DNA from: Candidatus Multivoradales bacterium
Lineage (GTDB): Bacteria; Acidobacteriota; Thermoanaerobaculia; Multivoradales; Multivoraceae
Direction of reading: 5' to 3'
NCBI GenBank assembly: GCA_965223325.1
Contig: CBDCWI010000002.1
Span: 2,848,001-2,912,000 of the forward strand
Length of the DNA: 64,000 bases
Under the pieces are notes generated by a model that was not told where the DNA came from, made no database searches, and saw only the letters and a list, made by a program, of their open reading frames with translations. Positions 54,819-64,000 of this stretch are shown piece by piece. The stretch's first letter is position 1; each line of letters opens with the position of its first letter. A program made the position numbers and the translations under genes.

Positions 54819-55361
54819 CTAGCGAACCCGCACTTCTGCCACTGCCACCTCGCTCTGCTGTTGCGCCCCCGCCTCGCCAATCGGTCGCCCAACGGCAGAC
54901 GGGACCTTCGAGACCGAAAGCTCGTAGGTGCCCGGCCGGATTGGGACGAAGCTGAAGCGTGCCGCAGCGGCCTCGTCGCATTCGATGGCATGAAAGAAGA
55001 GCCCCTGCATATGGATCTCGACGTCACCGACACTGACCAGGCGCAGGTGGACATTGCGCAGCAGCTCGGGAAGCTCGATTCGCCAGCCGTCGAGATCGTC
55101 CTCAACGTCCGGGCATGACACCGTGATGCGGTAGTAGCCACCAGTCACCAGCTCGAAGGACGCCTGTGACAACTCGGGCCGCCCGCTCTCGCCCTTCTGG
55201 ATCTCGAGCGTCAGGTCCCGGGGCGGGTACTTGGCAAGGTTGCCGCCCACCTGCGCGTTGGTTGGCACCATCGCAACAGCGGACGGTGCCGCCAGGAGGG
55301 AGATCGCCAGGAGGGCGGCGCAGGGGACGATCGGTCGCCAGGCGAGTCTTCTGTGGTTCAT
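54819..55361 (-). CDS. Exported cupredoxin-like hypothetical protein
   Basis: Signal peptide; FELVTGGYYRI...FSFVPIRPGTYE cupredoxin-like strand pattern. Confidence 0.5.
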   Translation of the reverse strand: MNHRRLAWRPIVPCAALLAISLLAAPSAVAMVPTNAQVGGNLAKYPPRDLTLEIQKGESGRPELSQASFELVTGGYYRITVSCPDVEDDLDGWRIELPELLRNVHLRLVSVGDVEIHMQGLFFHAIECDEAAAARFSFVPIRPGTYELSVSKVPSAVGRPIGEAGAQQQSEVAVAEVRVR

Positions 55362-55527
55362 GCGGGTCAGTCTACAGACCCGGGCCCCACGTCAGCCGCG
55401 AATCGTGGTCCAGCCCGACCTGCGGGATCCTCGACGTTCCGACCCGTTTCATGTCGAAATCGCATGGCAGGGACGCAGAGTCATCGCAAAGTACGAGAAA
55501 TCATCAAGGCAGGAGTATGATCCTCCG

Positions 55528-57384
55528 ATGGTCGATCCGCAGAGGACTCACAAGGTAGACGCTGAGGGGCACCTGCTCGCTCGCCACCGCTCGGAGGGTG
55601 TACCGCTTTCGGAGCGCGAAGACCGCCGTGAGCTCACCACGCAACGGCTACCACTCTTGCGCCTGAGTGACGACAAAGGCCTGGGAATCCCGGAGCGCTA
55701 CCGGGTCGCCGGCGAGAAAGTACGCGTGATCACCTGTGTCGAGGCGCCAACCCTCGAGGTCCGTATTCAACGCGGGCTCTCACTGACCGCTTCGGCTGCG
55801 CGCAGCGCCGCCCCCGGCAGAATCTACCTCGACGGGGTTGCCCAGTTGCCGCCACTCGCCGAGGCGGAGAATGGCCTTCTCAACCTCGACCACCACGAGG
55901 GTTGCATTCGAACCTTCACCTTGTCGACCTGCGAGCAGGCCTATCTGGTGGTCGCCAAGGGCCTCGACCTGCAGAGTCGCGACTGGCAGATCGTCGCCAA
56001 CGAACCCGACCTCGACACGTTGCTCGCCATCTGGGTGCTGCTCAACCATCGCCGCATCAGGAAAGCCCCGCTCGAGCTGCTCGACAAGCTGATCCCAATG
56101 CTGCGCCTCGAGGGTGCAATCGACGTCCACGGCTTCGACATGCGCCACTTCTGCGGCTTCTCCACCGAAGTCGAGAACGCCGCCTTCGCACTGCTCGAGC
56201 ATGTGCGCCGCGCCGAAGCCGACCTCAAGCAGGAAGGTGAGTGGGTGACCACCGACCCGGTCGACTACACGCTGGCGCAGCTCCAGGTCCTCGACCGGCT
56301 GCTCTACAGCCACGAAGACTTCGCTGACACCCTCCAGGTCGAGGAGCTGACGCGCGCCGAGCTACCCGAGGGGCGGCTGGCGATCGGCTGCCGCTCGGAA
56401 GTTGGCATCTACCGTGTCGAACAGAGCCTGCGCGAGATCTATGGCGATCGTTTGTCGGTGATTGCACTGCTCAAAGACGACAACTCCTACACCCTAAGAC
56501 AGCTCGCCTCGTTTGCGCGCTCTGACCTCGACCGCGTCTACGAGCGCTTGAACCTGCAGGATGACGCGGCCGGCAACAGCGCGTCGCCGGAACGGTGGGG
56601 CGGCTCTTCTGACATCGGCGGTTCGCCACGCGGCCGCGGCACCAGGCTTTCCATGCAGGCGGTCGTCGAGGCCTGCTCGCAGGCGGCACGCCCGATCACT
56701 GGCCTGCGAGGTCTGGGGACCTTCGTCGGCCACTGGGCCGCCGCTGGTGCCTGCTGGGCACTGGCAGCGCTGCCGTTTCAGGTCATCGACAGCGCCGCGT
56801 CTTCGGCCCAGGCGCTACGAGCGCAGGCCCTCTCGGCGCTCTTGCTCCTGCTCGGCACGGTCGCCATCGCTGCTCCGCGCTGGGCAGGCCGCGGTTTCTT
56901 TGGCCTGCGTGCACCGCGCGGCTATCGCTGGGCGGCGGCAGTTCCGGTCGCCATCCTCGCCGCACTCCTCGGTGCATCCTGGACGCCGGCGGCCTTTGAC
57001 TCTGCCGACGCCGGTATCGAACGCTGGCCATGGCTCGCCTCAGCGATCGCGCTGGCGATCGGGGCCGAGACTCTGTTCCGGGGCTTCGTCCACGGCGGCC
57101 TCTTGCAGCTCTGGGCCGGCCACAAGACGCGCTGGTGGACGAGCCCGCGCAACCAGACTGCTTTGATCTATGCCTTCTGGACTGCAATGCCCCTGCTCGG
57201 CCTGGCCCGCGGTTTTGCACCCGCGACGCCACTCTGGCCGGCGCTCGCAACGGTCTTTGTTGCCGCTCTGGCCTTCGGATTGACCCTCGGTCTCATGCGC
57301 GAGCGTTCCGAGAGCCTGCTTCCACCGGCCCTGGTCCACGCCGCTGCCGCGGCGATGATGTGGTGGGTCAGCGGCACGCTCTGA
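55528..57384 (+). CDS. Fusion: DHH-like soluble domain + degenerate CPBP (Abi) intramembrane protease domain
   Basis: IYLDG..NLDHH, EPDLD, WGG in the N-terminal part; TM region with ETLFRG and RERSESLLPPALVH. Confidence 0.65.
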   Translation: MVDPQRTHKVDAEGHLLARHRSEGVPLSEREDRRELTTQRLPLLRLSDDKGLGIPERYRVAGEKVRVITCVEAPTLEVRIQRGLSLTASAARSAAPGRIYLDGVAQLPPLAEAENGLLNLDHHEGCIRTFTLSTCEQAYLVVAKGLDLQSRDWQIVANEPDLDTLLAIWVLLNHRRIRKAPLELLDKLIPMLRLEGAIDVHGFDMRHFCGFSTEVENAAFALLEHVRRAEADLKQEGEWVTTDPVDYTLAQLQVLDRLLYSHEDFADTLQVEELTRAELPEGRLAIGCRSEVGIYRVEQSLREIYGDRLSVIALLKDDNSYTLRQLASFARSDLDRVYERLNLQDDAAGNSASPERWGGSSDIGGSPRGRGTRLSMQAVVEACSQAARPITGLRGLGTFVGHWAAAGACWALAALPFQVIDSAASSAQALRAQALSALLLLLGTVAIAAPRWAGRGFFGLRAPRGYRWAAAVPVAILAALLGASWTPAAFDSADAGIERWPWLASAIALAIGAETLFRGFVHGGLLQLWAGHKTRWWTSPRNQTALIYAFWTAMPLLGLARGFAPATPLWPALATVFVAALAFGLTLGLMRERSESLLPPALVHAAAAAMMWWVSGTL

Positions 57385-57406
57385 GTAGCCCCCGCCACCC
57401 GCAGTT

Positions 57407-60400
57407 CTACTCTCCGCCCCGGACTAGCACTCCGGCCTCAGCGCCATTGGCGCGCACCTCGGGGACATACATCGCCTCGACGATCGTCGGCAGACCGTGG
57501 AAGGTCCCCGGGGTCTCAGCCCGCAGCTCGTAGGTCAGGCGCCAGGTACCCTGCTCGATCGAATCGATGAAGTGCACGACCTTCTGGTCACGCAACTCGC
57601 GGTGCACGTAGCGACGTGAGCCCCAGGTTCCACGGCGACGGTTCTTCGAATCGACGCGCTCGATCCACGCTCTCCCACCGCTGCGGAGCTCGACAGACTC
57701 GAAACCCGCCGGCTTCCAGTCGTCAACGATCAGGTACTCGAAATCGTTCGAAGCCTCGATCTCGACGGTGACGGCAATGCGATCGCCGCTCTCGACGCGG
57801 TCTCCAGGAGCGAGCGGCTCGTCTTCCCACACCACGCCTTCGAGCAACGTCGGGCGGGCGACTTTCCTGGCCCAGGCGCGCTTGACAGCGACCTCTGAGG
57901 AGGCTGGAGGAATCGGTTCCTCGAGCGAGAAGAAGCGCGCCTCGACACCGAGGTAGAGCGGCCCGACGCCGGTGGTGCGGCGAATCTCGACGGTGTTCGT
58001 GCCGTCTTGAAGGGCCGAGCTCGGAACCACGACGCGCGTCGGAGCAGACAAAAGCTCGTTGCCCGAGAGCGTGTGTTCGGCGAGGACTTCTCCACCGACG
58101 ACCACCTGCCAACCGACTGTCTGAGACAGCTCGCCGCGGGCCTCGAGCCAGGCGTCGAGGGCGATCACCGCGATAGCAGTGTCGCGTGTGTTGTTCCACT
58201 GCGCACCACGGCGGTTCTGGACCAGCCAACGCATCGCCGCTTCAGCGAGCGGATTCTCGGAGTCGATCGCCACCAGGGCCTGGAGAACAAAGGCTGTGGC
58301 CTCAACGGCGCCCTCGGACCAGTGCCACCAGCCAGAGCGCGATCCCCAGTGCGCGGTCTCATAGCCGGCCAGGCTGGTCTTCACCACACCATCGGAGAGG
58401 TTACGCACCAACACGTCGGCGCGCTGGTCGTCGCCGAAGCGCTTGGCGCTGATCGCGACGAGCGCGAGCCCGTAGGGTGTCAGACCGCCGCGCCCGTTCC
58501 ACAGGTCTTCCATGGCGCGCACCAGCCGGGCATCGCGCTCGGCCACTTCTTCGTCCCAGGCAGACAGAGCGTGCACCATGAACGCCTGCCGCACTGGCCG
58601 CGCCTGTTCCTCGACCAGACGATCGCGGAGGAACTCGCGGGCTCCTCGGATGTTCACGCCTTCTAAGTCAACACCAGCCTCATCCGCCAACGCCAGCGTC
58701 CACACTGCATAGGCCGTCATCCAGGGGTCTGCATCGCCACCCGACCACCAACCCCAGGCGCCATCGGTACGTTGGAGTTCGAGCAGCCGCGCCAGGCCCT
58801 CGGAAACCACGTCATCGAGCTTCTCGCTCGGTTGCTTCTGCGGGTTGTCCGCCGCCCAGGATGCGCTCGTGCCACCAAACGACCGCGCCAGAACCTCTTC
58901 GCGTTCGAGCCCGAGGCGTTCCAGGGTTCTAGCCGTCACCACCGTCGGCATGAAGCGCGAAAGCGTCTGTTCGACGCACCCGTAGGGGTAGTCGATGAGA
59001 TACGGCAGGGCGTCTAGTACGGTAACTGCCAGGCTCGGCGCTACTTGGACCGTGACACCCGTGGAGCCATCCCGCCGTGGCGGGAGGTCGAAGCGAAGAG
59101 TCGTCCCATCGTCGCCGCGGCGTAGCAGACCCTGGTCCGTAACCAGCTTCTCGATCCCGTGCTCGACGACCGGAATCCCGAGTTGCATCGCATCGGAAAG
59201 CTCAGCCGAGCGGACGACCGCGGTGACCGCAGCATCGCCGAAGATCTCCGCGTCGATCTCGAAATCGACCCGCGTGTCGCCCGGAGAGAGAGCGACACCT
59301 TGCTGCCCAGTGAGGGCTCCATCCAAGAACCGCAGGGCGTCACCCTCAATCTCGAGATCAACCGTCGCCTCGAGTGTTCGCTCCGTCGCATTGTGAACGA
59401 CGACAGCCAGCGTGGCGCGGTCACCAACCACCAAAAAACGTGGTGTCTGAAGGCGCACCAGGAGATCCTTCTTCGTGCGCACAAAAGTCTCACCCTGGCC
59501 GAATCGATCGGCAGCCGTCGCGGCGACCGCGCGGGCGCGCCAACGAGTGAGGGTCTCGGGATAGTTGACTGTGGCGCGCGCCAGGCCGTTCGTCCCGGTC
59601 GTGAGATCTGGAATCCAGAGCGCCGTGGCGCGAAAGTCGGTGCGCACCACAACGTCGCCTGCACCGGAGTCACCGCCGGGAGGCGCCGGCGCTGCCATCT
59701 TGCGAGCCACAGGTGCCTCCGATACCGCAAGAGAATGGACCGACATGGCTGCTTCCCCGGCCGTGTCGGCCAGCATGTCCAGACTCTGTCCCGCTGAAAG
59801 GTCATGGTCGCGACGCTCCTTCTGCTCCCTCATCAACTCGGGATGAAAGAAGTTGAGCGACTGGAACGATCCACTGGTTCTCACCGCATGAGCGCGACTC
59901 TCGCCCCAGAAGCGAGCCCGCGGATCGGGCGCCAGGTCTTCCTGAATCGCCAGGACCGCCTCGTCAATCACCGCGAGCGAGATCTCTGCATCGACAGGGT
60001 TACCGTCCTCGTCGAAGGCCTCGACCAGAACCTCGCCTTCCTCAGCCGGACCGATTTCCTCGAGGCCCAGAGAAACACGAACATCGAGCTGCCCACCGCT
60101 AGGTGCCACCCGCACGGCCTCCTGGTCCAGGTGAGTCTGGAGGTCGAATACGGTCGCCGCCGCCAGAACGATGTTCGGTACGTGCAGTCGCTCGAGAGGA
60201 ATCTCGAGGAAGTGGGCCTCACCGCCGAGCTTCAGGACCTGGAGCTGATAGAGGGCTTCGCCCTCCACCGAGAACAGGGCCCAACGCCCGGAGACAGGTG
60301 CCGAGATCATGACCGGAAGGACACTGCCCGCCTCACCGAAGCTCTGGCCAGTGACAACTCGAATCCCACCGTGTCGCCACCCGAGATCAGTGACCTGGCC

Positions 60401-63400
60401 GCTTCCGACCCAGACCTGTGTCTCGGCCTCGACCGGAGCAGCCGCTTCAGAATCGTCCCGGTAGGTCGCGACGTAGAAGCCGTCATTGGTGGGTGTGAAG
60501 CGGAAACTGCCAAGGCCGCTGTCGCTGGAGGCGATCGTTGTCGTCAGGATCTCCTCCTCACGCCACGTGCCCTTCAAGACGACCCAATCACGCGGCAGGG
60601 GCTCTTTCTGACGCCTCGAGCGCGCAACCTGCCCAGCAGGCACCGGACGCCCCTTCGCGTCGACGACCTTCTCCTCCCAGTAGCGACGAACCACGCGCAG
60701 CGAACCCGAAGCCTCGACTGGCTGTTGGTCGACGGTTCGCGTCCGAAGCTCCACCTCGACCTCGTCATCGGGCTGGTACAGCCTTTGCGTCGCGCGCAGG
60801 TTGGCCTCGTAGGCCTGGGTCGCCAGCCGGACGGTTGCCTTGCCAACCACCTCGCGGCGCGAACTGTCACGCACCCGTGCTTCGACCTCGAGCTCCCAGG
60901 CTGCCGTCTCGATCGGAGTGCCATCGGTTGCAACTACAAAACGAGCCTCGCCGTTCTCGTCGGCGAAGAGCGTGGCATTGTGAATCACCTCACCACCGCC
61001 TCCTCCATGGAAGCGGCCATTGCCCGTTGACGACGACTCCTCGAGCCAGGCCGGCCGCTCTGGATCGAAGTCCGGACCCCACCAGGTTGGATACCAGGGG
61101 CGCCTGCGCACGAGGACCTCAACCTCGGCACCCTCTACCGGACCGCCAAAGTAGAACTCCGAGGACACGATCACCTCGACCGGCTGGCCGACACGTGGTG
61201 AACGGCCTGGCTCGGTCTCGCCCGGGGTCTCGTCGTCGCGCACCGGCCGAGCAGTCGCCGTCACCCGTATCTCGGGCAGCTTGTACTCCTCGAGGCGAAA
61301 CAGTTCGGTGCGACCGAGGAGCCGCTCACCGATCTTGAACTCGATGGAGTAGGTACCGAGCACGGCACGTTTCTCGAGCTCGAGCTCTCCCCACAAACTG
61401 CCGAAGGCGTTGAGTTCTCCCGTGCCTTCCGCCACCTGCTCGCCCCTCGGATCAAGCAACGTCCAGAGGAGTGCGGTTCCTGCGGGCGTCTCCCACGACC
61501 CGTCCCCGCGCGAGCGCTCACGCACCATCGCCTTCCAATGGATCTGGTCTCCCGGCCGGTAGGCGGGCCGGTCCGAGAAGGCGTGCACTCTCCAACTGGC
61601 TCGGTGACCGCGGCCGCTCGACCAGAGGTGCACGAACGAAGGACCATGCTCGTGACCTACCAACACCGAAAGGCGCCGCCCGTCCCCCTGGGTCTCGAAC
61701 CGCACCAGGCCATCTCCATTGGTACGCCCGCTCTGGGTTTGCGGCGCAGGGTTCCGGTTTCTCCTACCGCGGTCGGAGTAGACCTCGACGCCAGCACCCT
61801 CGAGCGGTGAGCCGGTCTCCGCATCGACGACCCAGACCGCCAGGCCTCCCGGCGAGGCCTTGGTGATCACCGATGTTCTGGTGACCCAGAGGAGGCCACG
61901 CGCATCGAACCCACCGTCATGCGCCTGTACGAGATAGAGGCCGGCGGAGAGACCGTCGAACTCGACCAGCGAACGCCCCGGCTCGTGGCTCTCCCAGCCG
62001 ACGGTTTCGATGCGCGCCCTCTGCACGACCTCGAGCTGATCGACGCGAAAGTCGCGGTACCAGTTCAGCGGGCTGCCGACGCCGCCGCCCGAAAGGTTCT
62101 GAAAGGTCGTCATCAGGCTCTGGTCGTCGGACGCATCGAGGCGGTACAGGCGAAGCTCGAAGCTCTCCAGGTTGCGCCATTCCACGAAGAGCTCGATCGG
62201 CTGATCGGGCAGGAACGCGTGGTGGATCTGAACGTCGAGCGCCGCCTGGGTCAAGCTCTGAATCAGCGACTGCGCCTGACGGTAGTAGGCGCTCTCTCCT
62301 TCGCTGAACTCGCTGACGATGCGACCGAGGACGGCAAGCGCTCCGACCAGGTCAGGACGTTGGCGGGTGCCGCCATCGGTGCGCTCGAGCCGACCGCTCC
62401 TTGCCAACCACTGGGCGTATTGCATCAAGGCATGGTCGTGCCCACGGTTCTCTCGGCGCACACCGTCCCGGCCGCTGACATAACGGCCGCTGGCGATCGC
62501 TTCTTCGAAGGCATCTCGGCAGGCGTCGTGAAAGCGTGGTTGCGATCCAAGTCGCGCTAGAGCAAGCGCATAAAGCAACGAGGCGTGCGTCCGGTCCGGA
62601 GGATCCACCGCGATGCGTGCCGCGTTCTCGGCGATCTCGAGCGGCAGGCGATCGACCCAGAAGGATCTCACCACAGATCCGCGTCGAACCACTCCCGCTT
62701 CCCAATCGCTGGCTCGAAACACGATGTCGAGATAGCGTCGTCGCGCCTCGTCGAGATTCTGCCAACCGGCAAGCCGGTCGAGCGCCGCGGAGTAGTACTC
62801 CCAGGCCCTGTTTGGATCACGGTCCCACTCACTCACCCAGAACGCATCGCCCGCAGCTTCTTCGAGGGTGGCCAGGCTCGGGCCCAGATCGATGACCTGT
62901 GCGGTCGGAAACCTCGGGCCCAGCTCCGGCGGCTCGAGCTCAGCTGGTTCACGAACGTCTCCTGGCGCACCCGATTCCGCCGCGCGCTCGAGCACCCGCA
63001 GCAGATCGACGACCTCCCGCTGGAGCGCCTCATAGTCGTCGTCATCGCTCCGGCCGGCAGCGCCGAGCCGAGCCTGTAGGCGGCGAAGCGTCAGCCAACG
63101 CCGTTGGCCTTCTGATGCCGGACCCGTCGGAAGACTGGTCAACAACTCGGCGTATGTCGTTGCGCTCTGCGCAAACGAACCTTCGAACAACAGCCGCTCC
63201 GCGCGCTGCCAGTCTGGGGGGAGGTTGTCGTCGATCATGGGTTCTTGTCCTGCTTGTGAGAATCCGGCGAAGGGAGGAGCCGTTTGAATCGGATTCACCG
63301 GTGGACTGCCGACGGTCGCGCTCCGGCCCGGCAGGACTGGCTCTGTCGCACCGCTCAGCAGGGTCGAAACCGCCACAGAAAGGAAGAGGAGCACCGAGGC

Positions 63401-63454
63401 GAACGACCTGGACCCTGGCGATGTGGAAAAACCGGTTCGGTTGGGTAACGGCAT
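57407..63454 (-). CDS. Bacterial alpha-2-macroglobulin family protein (thioester type)
   Basis: SDRPAYRPGD (MG2), EEYKLPE, RTDF..TALW.P, YPYGCVEQT, LQRTDGAWGWW, WNNTRDT, EAMYVPE. Confidence 0.93.
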   Translation of the reverse strand: MPLPNRTGFSTSPGSRSFASVLLFLSVAVSTLLSGATEPVLPGRSATVGSPPVNPIQTAPPFAGFSQAGQEPMIDDNLPPDWQRAERLLFEGSFAQSATTYAELLTSLPTGPASEGQRRWLTLRRLQARLGAAGRSDDDDYEALQREVVDLLRVLERAAESGAPGDVREPAELEPPELGPRFPTAQVIDLGPSLATLEEAAGDAFWVSEWDRDPNRAWEYYSAALDRLAGWQNLDEARRRYLDIVFRASDWEAGVVRRGSVVRSFWVDRLPLEIAENAARIAVDPPDRTHASLLYALALARLGSQPRFHDACRDAFEEAIASGRYVSGRDGVRRENRGHDHALMQYAQWLARSGRLERTDGGTRQRPDLVGALAVLGRIVSEFSEGESAYYRQAQSLIQSLTQAALDVQIHHAFLPDQPIELFVEWRNLESFELRLYRLDASDDQSLMTTFQNLSGGGVGSPLNWYRDFRVDQLEVVQRARIETVGWESHEPGRSLVEFDGLSAGLYLVQAHDGGFDARGLLWVTRTSVITKASPGGLAVWVVDAETGSPLEGAGVEVYSDRGRRNRNPAPQTQSGRTNGDGLVRFETQGDGRRLSVLVGHEHGPSFVHLWSSGRGHRASWRVHAFSDRPAYRPGDQIHWKAMVRERSRGDGSWETPAGTALLWTLLDPRGEQVAEGTGELNAFGSLWGELELEKRAVLGTYSIEFKIGERLLGRTELFRLEEYKLPEIRVTATARPVRDDETPGETEPGRSPRVGQPVEVIVSSEFYFGGPVEGAEVEVLVRRRPWYPTWWGPDFDPERPAWLEESSSTGNGRFHGGGGGEVIHNATLFADENGEARFVVATDGTPIETAAWELEVEARVRDSSRREVVGKATVRLATQAYEANLRATQRLYQPDDEVEVELRTRTVDQQPVEASGSLRVVRRYWEEKVVDAKGRPVPAGQVARSRRQKEPLPRDWVVLKGTWREEEILTTTIASSDSGLGSFRFTPTNDGFYVATYRDDSEAAAPVEAETQVWVGSGQVTDLGWRHGGIRVVTGQSFGEAGSVLPVMISAPVSGRWALFSVEGEALYQLQVLKLGGEAHFLEIPLERLHVPNIVLAAATVFDLQTHLDQEAVRVAPSGGQLDVRVSLGLEEIGPAEEGEVLVEAFDEDGNPVDAEISLAVIDEAVLAIQEDLAPDPRARFWGESRAHAVRTSGSFQSLNFFHPELMREQKERRDHDLSAGQSLDMLADTAGEAAMSVHSLAVSEAPVARKMAAPAPPGGDSGAGDVVVRTDFRATALWIPDLTTGTNGLARATVNYPETLTRWRARAVAATAADRFGQGETFVRTKKDLLVRLQTPRFLVVGDRATLAVVVHNATERTLEATVDLEIEGDALRFLDGALTGQQGVALSPGDTRVDFEIDAEIFGDAAVTAVVRSAELSDAMQLGIPVVEHGIEKLVTDQGLLRRGDDGTTLRFDLPPRRDGSTGVTVQVAPSLAVTVLDALPYLIDYPYGCVEQTLSRFMPTVVTARTLERLGLEREEVLARSFGGTSASWAADNPQKQPSEKLDDVVSEGLARLLELQRTDGAWGWWSGGDADPWMTAYAVWTLALADEAGVDLEGVNIRGAREFLRDRLVEEQARPVRQAFMVHALSAWDEEVAERDARLVRAMEDLWNGRGGLTPYGLALVAISAKRFGDDQRADVLVRNLSDGVVKTSLAGYETAHWGSRSGWWHWSEGAVEATAFVLQALVAIDSENPLAEAAMRWLVQNRRGAQWNNTRDTAIAVIALDAWLEARGELSQTVGWQVVVGGEVLAEHTLSGNELLSAPTRVVVPSSALQDGTNTVEIRRTTGVGPLYLGVEARFFSLEEPIPPASSEVAVKRAWARKVARPTLLEGVVWEDEPLAPGDRVESGDRIAVTVEIEASNDFEYLIVDDWKPAGFESVELRSGGRAWIERVDSKNRRRGTWGSRRYVHRELRDQKVVHFIDSIEQGTWRLTYELRAETPGTFHGLPTIVEAMYVPEVRANGAEAGVLVRGGE

Positions 63455-63593
63455 GACGACAGCCCTCTGCTTATGGGGAGTTCAGGCGGGCACAGAATGC
63501 GCCGGAGTTCGAACACCAAGCACGCGGCCCTGTCCCGCTCATGCTTTGACACACACAGTCAGCAAACCGAAACCGTCGTGGGACGGGCCTCCA

Positions 63594-64000
63594 CTAGGCA
63601 CTGATCGCGTGGTCCGCTCCCCACTCTCGAATCGCTGCGATCTCGCGCGGTCGAACCTGCGACAGTGGCCGGGTGGCCGCGATCTCGGCGTAGAGAATCT
63701 CGGGCGAGAGTTCCGTTCGTTCTCCGAAGGCATGGTAGAGAGCTGCGACCACAACGCTCTCGATCTCGGCGCCCGAGAAGCCATCGGTGCGCGCGGCCAG
63801 CTCTTCGAGATCGAAGTCGGCCGGATCGCGCCCGCGGGTGGTCAGATGAATCGAGAAGATTCGAGCCCGGTCGACTTCCTCGGGTAGGTCGACGAAAAAA
63901 ATCTCGTCGAAACGACCGCGGCGCAACAGCTCAACGGGCAGCCGCGTGACGTCGTTGCTGGTCGCGACCAGAAACACCGGGGCGGTCTTCTCCTGCATCC
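63594..64000 (-). CDS. AAA+ ATPase, Ycf46-like (C-terminal part; gene continues beyond the window)
   Basis: [45 protein letters not shown]...IREW. Confidence 0.88.
   Translation of the reverse strand, partial: MQEKTAPVFLVATSNDVTRLPVELLRRGRFDEIFFVDLPEEVDRARIFSIHLTTRGRDPADFDLEELAARTDGFSGAEIESVVVAALYHAFGERTELSPEILYAEIAATRPLSQVRPREIAAIREWGADHAISA

Overview
GC-rich (roughly 65% by eye), gene-dense chromosomal window from a diderm, LPS-making bacterium. The gene content suggests Acidobacteriota, Thermoanaerobaculia-like (inference from the VWFA-related protein, IFxDxFE-tailed exported proteins and Thr-type sulfatase). The first ~38 kb is mostly housekeeping: tRNA-Phe, purH, lolA, kdsB-pyrG-kdsA-kdsD-kdsC, tatA/B-tatC, ctpA, tRNA-Val/tRNA-Asp/rpmG, Mn-SOD, tRNA(CAU)-tilS-ftsH-cdaA-cdaR-glmM-pdxJ, a sigma54 regulator, DUF1800-DUF1501, ligA and msbA. 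The rest is accessory and envelope genes ending in a thioester alpha-2-macroglobulin and a partial AAA ATPase. I see no transposase, prophage, CRISPR array or defence island. Signals the ORF track misses: (1) a CxxU selenoprotein with its SECIS-like hairpin; (2) two copies of a CTAG-flanked MITE, each at the TAG stop codon of the upstream gene; (3) many apparently leaderless starts (TANNNT + ~7 nt + ATG), including two mini-ORFs coupled by RTGA overlaps to kdsD and tatA/B; (4) a shared C-terminal IFxDxFE...W tail on a Tat-exported and a Sec-exported protein, a candidate sorting or anchoring signal; (5) several enzyme folds that have lost their catalytic residues; (6) a three-copy alternative-pairing repeat ahead of a TetR gene and a triple-hairpin leader ahead of sodA. 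All family calls come from motif recognition by eye; no database search was run.
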